Part shown: piece by piece, positions 51,625 through 64,000 of the stretch
Position numbering within the stretch: the first letter of the stretch is position 1
How the letters are laid out: every line of letters starts with the position of its first letter
Origin: Veleropilina oligotropha
Taxonomy: Eukaryota
Assembly (NCBI GenBank): GCA_048128005.1
Contig: JBEUKZ010000112.1
Coordinates: 310,001 to 374,000 of the forward strand
Direction of reading: 5' to 3'
Length of the DNA: 64,000 nt
The notes under the pieces: model-generated
The model's database searches: none
What the model saw: only the letters and a program-made list of their open reading frames with translations
What the model was told of the DNA's origin: nothing
Translations under genes and position numbers: made by a program

Positions 51625-52440
51625 AACTAGAATTATGTCAGATTGACACGAATGCCCCCTCTGAAATAACTGCCCAGGAATGAAAGAAATTCGAAGTGAA
51701 CAGCCATAACTCTCTTAACATTGATTTTATGCATTTAACAATGTATGAATAAGTATAGACCTATATTTCAAATATAGTTTCATTCCATGAATATATTCCG
51801 AACTTATCGTCCAGAATTGAAAACAAAATCAAATTAATTAATGTCCTAGCTATGTCTGTTAAATGAAGTTGGGAATTTATAGAAATCAAACTCCACTTAG
51901 ATATTATGATATACATGTGTATATCAAATTAATTTAATTTGAATCCATGAATGCCTGAATATAGCGCAGAATCTAAAGCATTCGAGGGACAAACATGTGT
52001 AACCATAAATGCTCTCCATACTTCATTTTGCAGGGGACCGGGCATAAAATTTCTTTCCAATGATATTACACATGTATACAAATTTAATTTATATTCATGA
52101 AGTTATCGCCCAGAAATGGAAGAAAAATTTGCAATTTGATGAAGGGACATAACTCCCTTATCTGAAGGCGGAATTTTACCGAGATCGAACTCCACTTAGC
52201 TATTATGATCATCCACTTGCATATGAAATTTAATTGAAATCCATGAAGGCGTTCTCAAGTTATCGCCCGGAAATGGAAAAAAAAAATTGCAAGTGGTTCA
52301 AGGGACATAACTCTGTTATGTGAACGCTGAATTTTACCGAAATCGAACTTCACTTGGCTATTATGATCATACACGTGAATACCAAATTTAATTTAAATCC
52401 ACAAAGGCATTCTCAAGTTACCGCCCGGAAATGAAGAACT
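51625..52440 (+). mobile_element. HINE/pearl-like repeat
   Basis: AACTAG..atgcccc head; tandem cores (gaactccacttag..attatgat); internal ..gggcataaaa end near 52049. Confidence 0.6.
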
Positions 52441-52569
52441 GTTTCCAAGTGCTTGTATGCGTGCATTCTCGAAAGTTTGCTTTGCATATAAGTATATGAA
52501 GTTCACACATCAATAACCTATATATATATAATAAGCTTTTACATCGCATATATAACTTCTGCCTCTTAC

Positions 52570-53214
52570 CGCCTGCTGTCGTTGGGCGTCACTGCCTCAT
52601 TATCTCCCGTGTACAGTGGTGGCGGAGGCGATGGGAAGCCGTATTCGTGGTCATCGTCCTCCCGATTTGGGACGGCGCCGGGCGGGGTTGGAGGCGGAAT
52701 CTCTGGACTGGACATCCCTTGGTCCACGATCGGAGACGATACAGGAGACTTCGTTGATCCGGATACGGGAGACCTCGCCGGAGACGCATCTTTTTTATCA
52801 TTATTATTATCTTCAGATTTCTGCATATTTGGCAAACTAATCGAGGATGGCATTGAACTTGGTGGCGAAGTCGCTTCTTGCGCCAGGATTGGCTCTTGTG
52901 TCATCGAGTGTGTCGAGAACGTCGGGGTTTTTGTGTGTAAAACGCTCATCCCAAATGGCTTCTGATGCTGATGCTCGGAGACGCGTCGGTATTGCTTCCT
53001 CAACATGTCTGCGTAAGAGTCGTCATTATCCTCCGTCTTATCGTTGTGGTCCTGCATGAGAAGCGAGGGTCGTGCGCTCTGGTTGCGGTTCTTGCTGCGG
53101 TAGTTTCGCTGTGGCAATGGCGGAGGGTCATCGTCCGGCACCGGTGGCGGCTCACGGAACATCGGAACGTTCTGGTAAATAGCACTGCTCGAGTGCATCT
53201 TCCCAGGATTGCCG
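52570..53214 (-). CDS. Shroom: Shroom upstream proline-rich exon
   Basis: 645 nt, phase 2/2, cag..gtaaga, joins in frame to the 31362 exon; GC-rich; PPPLPQRNY and FPSPPPPL motifs. Assignment to Shroom rests on strand and phase, not on domain similarity. Confidence 0.75.
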
Positions 53215-53954
53215 CTGAAAGAGGAAAGATAACAATTAATAACATATATATATCATTAAAAACATCAACAGATTGAAAAGTGAGGATTTAAATCAAAATG
53301 AAAATATTCAGTTCATCAATGAAACTTCAAACACGTCAACCTCATGCATAAATCTAGGGTTATAAAGGAATAAACATTTACATTTCTGCTCACTTTGTAA
53401 CACTTGCATGAGAACGGTAAGAAACAACAAAGATATTTCCAGACATTAAAACATTGATAAATATGAATAAATATACTACCGAATGTCTGGCTGCATCGCA
53501 ATATTATTTATATTCACCACAAAATGACAGATCACTCAATAGCAGAAATCTAAATGTGTCACATGATCATATATCAATCAGCACACAATTGTTGAAGATT
53601 TAGGTTAACTACCACCATATGTACACACTTCAGAAATTCGCATCAAACAATTTAATCGTTTGCTAAAAAGAATGATACTTATATTTGTACAACAATATCA
53701 GATGACCATACATCAATAATCATTAATAATGCATGATTGGATAATATTTCATGACATTAGCATGAGTTAACATGCTCGTCCAAATCCACAATCCACTGGC
53801 TAACACGGATAAGATGCCACAGATAATATCTCACTAAATATCATCTAACAACCCTCATGCACTTATGATAAACAGTTTGGGGAGAGTACTAAACATACCC
53901 TTAAGCTCCAGAATTATAAACTTCAAAGTAAATACATATAGCTAAGCTGTTATT

Positions 53955-54589
53955 AACTAGCAAATCCTCGACCCAGGAAGTCGAAGGGATGTCGGCCCTA
54001 TCCACTCCCACGGAAGCAAAAATCAATAGGCACTGTGTCCTCATCATACCAAACATGTATATACAAATTAGAACCAAATTGGATTAGAACTTTTCACTGT
54101 AGAGTGCACACTGCACACAAGAAATATTTTCAAACAAAATGTCCGCTGTGGAAAAACAACGGAAATCGTTAGGCGGAGTGTCCTCATCATAACTATCAAA
54201 TCGGATAACTTTTCATGGTAGATGCCGCTTAAGAAATCTAATCAACCAAAATGTCATCAGAGAATGAACAAAATCGTTAGGTGGCGTGTCCTCCTCATAA
54301 CTAATGAGCATACCAAATATGAATCAAATCGGATAACTGTTCACTGTACTGTAGAGCACATACAAGAATCTAATCAACCAAAATGGCTGCCAAGGCAGCC
54401 ATCTTGGATCCGAAAACGATGAAAATCTTTAGACTGCATGTCCTCGTCAACTAACGTGCATACCGAATTTGAATCAAATTGGATTAGAAGTTTTCACGGT
54501 AGAGCGCACAAGAAATCTCTGTGGCGGACGCGGAAGAACGATGACTAAACCATACTATCCCCAACTATTGATAGTCCGGTGATACAATT
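53955..54589 (+). mobile_element. HINE/pearl-like repeat
   Basis: AACTAG start; cores with tgtcctcatcata..caaat.ggat; degenerate 3' hairpin tatcccc.actat..atagt.c.gtgata. Confidence 0.6.
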
Positions 54590-55246
54590 ACTCCCATTGA
54601 ATTTGCACTGGTTCAGAATGTCGAAGCAAGCTACTTTGAAGACATTTTGGATGCCACCATGGGTTTCATCATGCCACAAAATTTGTGCTTATGAGCCGGC
54701 GCGCGCCGATTCAAACTGCTTGCTGCCGATACAATGGCATTTTCTATCGGCCCGATGAGCTGAATGAAATTCAACGTTAAAACGTGTCCGTAAATATTTC
54801 TTCCGACAAAGTGCACATTCAATTTAATCTCTTTATTCCATATTCCGATGTGTGATGAAAACATGTGTCTATGACCCGAATATTTGCTGAAAAACTACAC
54901 CAAACATGTCAACTCGATTTGACCTACAATCATAAATAAGTGTCTCTCCTTGGTGAAAGCGGAAATAACCGAGATTCATTGCCGAATGAAAACAGCATAG
55001 TAATGTTCATTAACCAATAAGATCATCGTAGTACAGTATTTCTGTTCGTTAATACATTTCAACACGCCGTGACCACGTGATGCCGAAACTTCATGATGTC
55101 AGACGGTAATTATATTTTATAAGAGCAAGAATCAATTACTTAATGAAATGTTAGTTCGTTGACAATGAAATAAATGAACAAATAAGTATATATATAAAGG
55201 CCTGCACAAATTGCGTGAACGATCGTTCAGCTTGCGCAAATTCAAT

Positions 55247-56156
55247 GTTGCGTAACCCAATTTTAATTAGCGCAAAATTTCAGTTAACAAACAATTTCAG
55301 TTTATTCAGCTCAATAGATATTTACCTTGTCACGTAACGAATGTTGCTATGACTGAAGCCGCAATATACAACTTTAAAATTGTATAAACAAAGCATGGCC
55401 AAGAAAGTAATTGTTTACAACTTCGAAAAGTTCCGAATTCTGACACTGAAGAACATGTGCGCTTTGGGGATCACATATTATAAATCATGAGAGCTACGAA
55501 ATATATTTCACAAAATAGCACATAAAATTACTTTATTTTCGTGTTTTAAGCAAATATGATTGCAAATTATTAAATACTGACACTGGTTTAGGCTATAATA
55601 ATATGATAATGACGTTTACTACTTTAGGTATGTGAAAAACAGATTTGTGGCCTGGACTTATCTACTCTCAAAATAGTAACGGGGAATTCCCAGTTTACTG
55701 CAACAACAAATCTGTGTCAGTTTCGGTGATATTTTACTTTACAAGACATTTAGGAAATTATTGAAAGCGATGTATTTCTCTATAAATTCATTAAAATATT
55801 GTATAATAATTATAATGAAATTACTTTTAGAATTTGGTCTATATTTAAAGGTATATAATATATTTACTGCAGCATTTACCATGTTGCCTAGTGAAAACTC
55901 AAAATCAGTGGTGAAACAATCAATTATAAAATTGGAATAAAAAATTAATAAATTAAATGTGAATTTAAAATTTTATCGTAAGTTTCTTTAACCCATTTTG
56001 AAAAAATAAATAATTAATAATAAAGAAATATATCAATTATACAATTTATTACCAACAATATTAGCAATATTATATATTTATATAAAATATTATTAATGAA
56101 TGGAAAAAGCTTTGCATAAACGTTACGGGTTACCCAAATAAAATGGGTTACGCAAC
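55247..56156. mobile_element. Possible degraded MITE
   Basis: Inverted GTTGCGTAACCCA / TGGGTTACGCAAC about 0.9 kb apart around very AT-rich DNA; no TSD seen. Confidence 0.35.
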
Positions 56157-59100
56157 TACTATAATTATATTATTTCTCCCAATATGTTAGGGCCAGTTCA
56201 TTTTGTGAAGGGCCTGTTAAAATTTTGTTAGGGCCAGTTCAAAATTTTACAAGGGCCAGTTCAAAATTTTGCAAATTTCTTACCCTGTTTCATTGTATAT
56301 TCATTCCTAGCTTTCCTCTCTCAATAATATCGATACGACTCAACTTGACCCAGAATTGTTCTTAATTTGAGAAAATGCACATCGATACAAATTATTTATG
56401 CGTGTAAATATCCTTAAACGCACTAATATTAGAGTATACAGAGAAGAAAAATCAGAAATCTTGTGGACAAAATGTGAAAACAAGATCAACCTGAAGTATT
56501 ATATCCGGTTTTTTTAAATGTTAAATTCCTCAAGCTTCCCGTGACTCAAGCTAACTGATGTCATATTTTGACTATCCTCAATGTCTACTGCAATACCAGT
56601 TTCCTAATTGAAAAATAACAAGATTTGCAGACTATAATCTCAGAAACCATCTTGCTCATTGATTCCTCTATTGAATAAGTCTGGTGCTAATAGAATATGG
56701 TGTGAATCTTCTGCATCTCTGGATGAGATTGGATCAGCTTAGTTCCTGTCTGGGTATACACTCATCATGTTGTTGAATCCACTGCCATAGCCTGTCCCTA
56801 ACCAGTAGCAAATGGCCATATGTTAATCACCCCAGAATCTATCAGCACTATGATTAGAGCAATCAAGATAATCAGTCCAATCAGGAACCAATTACCATCT
56901 TTTCATTGGCTCAAACAGCAAACATGATCTCACTGATTAGCCAATCACAGTCCATTATCTCCTCTGAGTTGACAATATGTCATCTAGACAGATGGACAAA
57001 GTCCATGCAGTGGATGTAATAATAAAATATGTACGTGAAACATCAAATGATGGTGTCCTTGGACATTGAATGCAATTTTAGGAAGCAGCGCAAAAAATAT
57101 TACTGGAACTGTACATTCTGTTAGACGAACATACAGACACTTTTTACCATACATAGCAACGCCTTAGTAACCTATGGCTTGGGTTAAAGTTTTGTGAGGC
57201 TTAAATCATTATCTGCAGATCTTGACATTTATAATTATTTTTCGCAAGCAACAATTTTATAATTATTTTCGCAAGCTTATAATTATCTAGAAAATGTCGC
57301 TGGTGATATTTCATCTTCATATTGAAACAATATATGCAAGAAATAAAAGGTAAACTGCGCAAATTATTTTGATTTATACTGCCATGATTATGCTTGCTTT
57401 ACCCCAAGCCATCGATTGCTATGCACGTCACGTTGCTCCGTCTTACAGAACATAAGTCACTCATATACATTTTATAGGCTTGCATGCCAGTGGACCTCCG
57501 TCAGTATTTGGGATGTGTGCTTCCCTGTTTTAACAACAATTTTTCATCGATGTATGTTGTTGGCACCCACAGATGACAATAAATACTGATGCAGATCTAG
57601 CAAGCCGCTAACGAGTGTAGTCAATCACCACAGATGGACAAAGGGCATTGTCAATGTTTACTATCTACTCAAAATATATATAAAAACACAGCAGATTAAA
57701 TTCGTGGTATAGTCAGTCATGAATGCCAACTTGCACACAGCATATACATTTCATCTTTATCTGCATAATCTATATATGCAAATAAGTAGTTACATTTATC
57801 GAAAAATAAAAAATACATGAAAATATGATCTTATCACAGAATATTGCATGCATCACTAATTTTACATCTTTGTCGAAAAAGGTCACCACAAACCAGGTTA
57901 AAGGTTCGTTAGTTCATCTTACACAAATCTCCACTCATGAGTTAATAATGAACCATCAAACCTGTAACAATTAACTTTCGGATGACTTATATTAATACAT
58001 GACTATTGCTAACATTATTAACATGACTATTCTTGTGTTGAATGGTATAAATACCAGAGTGGCTATGCACGGGAAAATTATTTAAATATTCATGATTAAC
58101 AAAAAAGTTGAGGTATTTGAAGAATTTCATTCAAGTCACGCATTCGGCATGGATGAATATATTTGTGTTAATGGGCGTCTTCGTCAGTGCACATCTAGGA
58201 CACAGTCGTATAAATCTAAACATCGGTCATAATCAAGTAGATCGCAGCCTTGATTAACAGCAATGAGCAGTCAGATAGCATCAAATCAATTGAAATGCTG
58301 TCAGTAGCTTCAAATGACACAGTAGTGTGTTTCTGATAAAAATGAGATGTAGATTTTGGGGAATTTTGTTAGCTTAAATGTACTTGTCCCGCTCTTATCC
58401 ATATACAAGTTGTTGGAATTAATTGGATTTCTCTTGCAATAACATGTACCTGTTCCAACAAGAAACTGTTAGCTTCAATTACAAGATTAACATGGTCCAA
58501 TTGAAATCAGACTGAATCTAATTAAACAACAACAAAACATATTTGAATTGAATTGCCAGATCTATAACCATGTTTTTCTTTCATATAATAGTTGGAAACT
58601 CGGTTTAATGTCTCCATTTAAAGGACGATCCTTTAAACCCATCTTTCTACTTATTTTACTTTAAAGAGTGTGTTATTTGCCGTCAATAAAGGTCACATTT
58701 TATTGCAAACTTGCATATAAATAATTTTAAAAACTGTACAAAAAATACCGTCAAAATTCTGCAATACGTAATACATGCTGGCCTAGCATTTAGTAACACT
58801 AGCTTTACGAGATTAACATGGGTCCACTAATTGCTTCATTTTGATCATTTGTCTGTGAACGACTCATATCGTGTGATAAGTCATGGGATATATCTTTAAC
58901 CGTGCTGCAAACGGTGAAATATTTGCTCTGGCCATGTTGTTTTTTGTCTATTGGTGAAACTTCATTTGTTTATGATGTAATAATTTGCGCCCTATGCCAT
59001 CAATAATTAGGTACATTTTATTCATCATACCACAATTACTTCCCTTATATCACGACGTGACGTGATAGTCACATGATCCGATTTGTCAGTTGAGAGTACC

Positions 59101-60736
59101 TACACTCAGTGAAGCCTGGGCGAATTAGATCAAAATGTAAATTGTAAAGTTTATTATTTTTTCCAGTTGGTGCACTCGTCAAATTGACACCAAGATGGCA
59201 AAGATCTGTCTCTCGGTGATGGAGAAAACCCGGCTTAAAGAAACACCAACTGCGTATTTATATATAAGATAACCTTTCTTCCTGTGACCATAAAATAAAG
59301 ATGTCAGAAACTCTCTTTGTGATGAATATATTTCATAAATTCTTTACATTACCAACTGACAGTAGCAAGACATACCGAAGATCCGCACCCAAATGCCACG
59401 TACAACTGACCGATATTCAAATGTAGACACTGTTAATAGTGCATACGACTTGAGAAATAGCATTCTAAATCATGGGATGTGGATACACTATTTATATTTG
59501 CATATATACACTAGAATATATATTGAAAGTAATAAAATCAAAAGAAATGCTTACATACAGACCTACTGTGATGCAAACTGATAATTATGAAAGAAGAAGT
59601 TTTTAAAATTAACCAGCGACATGACATGCAATAGGATCAAGATTCAGCATTTTAAATGATTGAATTTTCAGTTTTACGACAACACTTAATCTTTTAAAAA
59701 TGATTGTTCTATAATCAGTCAAGGTCATATCATTAAGAGTTTGGTTACATGCACATGTATGACGTCATCTTTAATTATAATATTCTTCAGAAATGGTGTA
59801 CCATCTTTCCAAAAAATACAATACTTTCCTCACCTGTATATCAATAGTAGTCATGGACACTCATTTTACCAAAATGCATCCATGCACATGCAAAAGTCGA
59901 GATCTCTGAGGTGTATAACACTGTATATACGCATAACCTGTCATATTTCTGTTTATTAAAACTTTACATATTTGTATAAATAACATGCATATTATGAACC
60001 TTCAGTTTTGTAGTACATGTTATGGCCTTTGTTCATTTATCTGATATTCATGGCCCAACACTGACCTGGGACACAATGGAGGAGATTGAGATAAGTTGTC
60101 TCCCCTGGGGCTAGCACTGGTAATAATTGGTTCCACCTCACTTCTTGCTTGTGTTAGGACAACACCGCCTGTCATCTATAGCTCACATACCACACGATGA
60201 ACAAAACGGAGAAGGTCAGTGACAAAAGGAAACGCTCAAAATACACTCACACACACAGCTGTCAATGAAACAACATTGAAACAGGATTAGAACAAAACTA
60301 TATATATATATAATGTAATTGGAAGCAAAACCACAAATTAGCAAATCAAGGTCGATTTATATATATAAATGATTGTGTTAGGTCAGGGTATAATCTTGAA
60401 ACCAATATTAGAATAATTGATGGTATACTTTTAAAATTATTGTGACCTTAATCTATATTTAATAAATGTCATAAATACAGAAGGTAAAATAGTCAATAAT
60501 TTTGGCACTATTCAATATCCATGCGCAATTACTGGTATAATAAAATGTAATTTTCAAGAAATAATAATTAATGTTACAGTGTTTGTAATATGGATGCGAT
60601 TCGATACTAACTGAAAATTTATTTAAATGTGAAACATGTTACTATAAACATACGAAGACAAATAATCGGTACGATTGAATTAAGAATTCCGCTTCACCCA
60701 CAATTCCACCGGGATGGCATTATTCATTACTATTAA

Positions 60737-61380
60737 TAATGGATGCATCGACACTATATAATGGATGCATCGACGCTATATAATGGATGCATCGACGCTA
60801 TATAATGGATGCATCGATGCTATTTAATGGATGCATCGATGCTATATAATGGATGCATCGACATTATATAATGGATGCATCGATGCTATATAATGGATGC
60901 ATCGACACTATATAATGGATGCATCGATGCTATATAATGGATGCATCGATGCTATATAATGGATGCATCGACACTATATAATGAATGCATCGACACTATG
61001 TAATGGATGCATCAACACTATATAATGGATGCATCGCCGCTATATAATGGATGCATCGACACTATATAATGGATGCATCGCCGCTATGTAATGGATGCAT
61101 CGCCGCTATATAATGGATGCATCGCCGCTATATAATGGATGCATCAACACTATATAATGGATGCATCGACACTATATAATGGATGCATCGACGCTATATA
61201 ATGGATGCATCACCGCTATATAATGGAAGCATCGACACTATATAATGGATGCATCGACACTATATAATGGATGCATCGACACTATATAATGGATGCATCG
61301 ACGCTATATAATGGATGCATCGACGCTATATAATGGATGCATCGACACTATATAATGGATGCATCGACACTATATAATGG
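60737..61380. repeat. 22-bp minisatellite, about 29 copies
   Basis: Unit TAATGGATGCATCGACACTATA containing the palindrome GATGCATC. Confidence 0.95.
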
Positions 61381-64000
61381 CAAAAATTACATCATAATAT
61401 CCTGGAGTAATTAATGCAATGTTTGCTTAAATATAGCAAACTGCTATCAATAATAGTTATCCTTAACCTGAAGCAATGAAGCATATATTATAACATTTCA
61501 TACCTTCCTCCACCTTACATCGCCAGGCAGTCCTCCACAATAAAATACGTCGACTTATTGTAGCAATATCCCAATAGTAATCTGCTAATCTAGCCACTAA
61601 ATAGATACAGGACCGTACCACATCACTCCCATGGGGTACCTGCCTCCATGACTAGACTAGTAGCCATCGAGTCACCATTGAGCGGTTATCACTACCAGCT
61701 GTACACAATGACTCAGAGCGCTGGAACAATCGCATACATGGTGGAAGTACATGTAGATTCATCGGCAACAATCGAATGATGGTGTCTGCTGTGTAATTCA
61801 AATATAATCTGATTAAAAATCAGAATGCATTACCATGAATTAATGCTGTATACGTTTACTAAAATCAATATAGTACTTCGTTATTCTATACTTTTTCCAT
61901 ATTATCAAGCTATTACTTTGATGTATAACAACCATTAATTTGACATGCTACCTTAGCGATGAAGACAACCAGGGATGCCAAACAATGAAACACCGGTTAT
62001 TTTGCCTAATATTATTCATCAGTTAGATAAGACAATTTGGATTTATCAATCATGGTTATCATCACTTGAGGGAAAACTTCAACAGCTCATCTATAAAATA
62101 TGTCATGCTCCATATCCACTTGAAAATCAGGGCATGAGCTCTCATTATCAGGTTGTTCCATGATAATATGGACAGTCTTGCCTTGAAGCTGATGGTTGTA
62201 AATATACAGGTCATTAAGCATCAATCCATCCATCCTCTCATTATCATGGCTACCTACTTTGACAATAACCACTCAATTAAAATGAAGTAAAACTTACCAA
62301 ACAATTTGACACTGGTGCTGTAGCTTACAATTAACAGTCTGTCAGTGCTAGCTTCTATATGACTACAGGCAGCAAATGTGACACATCTCATGGGGTAGAA
62401 TGATACAGGAGGATATCAGTTCCATGGGCCCTGATGTTAATCTGGTGTCATGATGCGCACCTCATCTTATCAAAGCAGAATCCAGCACAGCAGATTCAGA
62501 AGCAACCAGATGACAGGGAGATAAAGCACAGGAATCCACCGTAAACAGTCAGATATGGACAAGATCTATAATACTGTTCAGTTGTTTACTTTTAAAAGTC
62601 TTAATATCTACTCTTATATTGCTTCTTTTGTAACTTGAATCTAAGCAAGAATTTGTGTAATTTGTTACAGGATAAGATTACTCATATCTCTGACATGGAA
62701 TATGTACCAGCTAGATGTATAAATCCAATTAACATTGCAAGATATTTCGCAGATATAATTTTCTATTCCAAATCAGTTTGTGCACTGTTTAATAAATTAT
62801 GTTCAGTTATCCAATAACCTATCTGCTGATCATGAGCATCAGATATTAGTCACAAATTACCTCTATAAAATTAATATATTTAGCAATAAATGTTTAGCAT
62901 AAATGACATAGATCATTCTATTTACTGTTTTAAGCATATAATATACGTATCACCTTTCTCTTAATTATTCTACAATCATTCTTAGTCGACCTAACACCAA
63001 TAGCTGTGGTGGCATTCATGATTATACGTTCAAGGTCAACCGATACAAAAGCAGTGTGTCAAAAATCAATGATTTCTCGGAATTGCTGTAACCTGGCATA
63101 ATTTATTCTACGCAGCCAGCGACAATTGCATCTAGTAAAATGAACAAATTCACTTCAAATATACCACCATATAATTAGAATAATTAGAAAATAATGTTTG
63201 AATAATCCAAGGATGTACCAGAAGTAACAACTTGTAGCTGCAGTTGACACACATATGATGCGATGTTTTGGTCTCGCCCACTCATCCAACGAGCTAGGAA
63301 TGACATCATCGTGACAAATATACGCTCGACCTGATGCATACGACAACATGAGTAATCCTGTTGGCATCCCCAACTCTCTTAATTATTAAACGAACTGCCG
63401 TTTGATTGAGGGGTAATGTTTTATGATGAACGAAGGACCATGATTTACGATTGATGTCTCCATACAATGAAGTCAAGCAGATGGCAATCACGATAGGCTG
63501 CAAGCCATCAGCTCTCTACAATAGAGGTGAAACTAGGTCATGAATATACTGCCGGCAGGCGAAAGGACCCAGGCATTGTTCTCGCATCACACATACATAT
63601 TATATAGGCCTATGCATATACACAAGCAATCTACATTAACCATCAGGACTCAGTTACATATGTTAGTTCACGCTATCGCGTCCAGTATCGGATATCGAGA
63701 TGATATTAATACCACGTTAATTATTACATCACAACAAATGGTAAGAAGTGATTAAAAAGTACCAGGTTCACCAGAGTCCACACCCCGTTAAAGGCGATCG
63801 AGTCAAGACTGACTTATGGCATATGGAGAGGTTATATAAGACATCCGTGCAGGTCAAAACGAACACAGTTGAATTGAGAATAAAACATCAATTTGACGAA
63901 ACGTTACTTAATTTACCTTTAATTAATTGAAGCTGCATTTAATTATATATGTCCACCACTAGCAAATAAGACAAGCACTGTATAGTCCCATTAGACACTT

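Noticed and set aside
52582..53276. Plus-strand ORFs overlapping Shroom exons (also 10447-10828 and 30537-31143)
   Set aside because: Antisense shadows of GC-rich or repetitive coding exons.
60737..61380. CRISPR-like array (palindromic repeat)
   Set aside because: Units are head-to-tail with no unique spacers, the context is eukaryotic and there are no cas genes.
61500..61560. Further upstream Shroom coding exon ending at a good donor (aag|gtatga)
   Set aside because: The phase-2 frame needed to join 53214 has a TAA four codons before the donor. It could only be a UTR exon, and there is no evidence for that.

Overview
AT-rich, repeat-dense animal genomic DNA. The SINE and Helentron-type repeat families suggest a lophotrochozoan, probably a mollusc (inference). 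The host gene is a minus-strand Shroom-family gene. Six coding exons can be joined with GT-AG sites and consistent phases (53214-52570, 31362-29704, 12845-12704, 11167-11066, 10690-10517, 9890-9633) and end in an ASD2/SD2 (ROCK-binding) domain; its 5' part is not identified in the window. A probable last exon of an unidentified convergent gene lies at 923-1043 (+). The best-preserved element is a 5.75-kb ISL2EU-type (PIF/Harbinger-related) transposon at 18767-24515 with 16-bp TIRs and an AT target duplication. It carries two convergent spliced genes: a THAP-DDE transposase with one frameshift and an intact SAP-SWIM-YqaJ (lambda-exonuclease-like) protein. Also present are two Academ-like TAG..CTA elements (one splits a SINE, one carries an isolated LINE ORF1), a dead Tc1 inserted in a THAP remnant, non-autonomous elements with 5-, 6- and 8-bp TSDs, a 0.9-kb foldback MITE, many Helentron/pearl-like repeats, two tRNA-SINE families, an RTE remnant and two minisatellites. 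No CRISPR array, rRNA or genuine tRNA gene was found. Family names come from motif recognition, not database searches.
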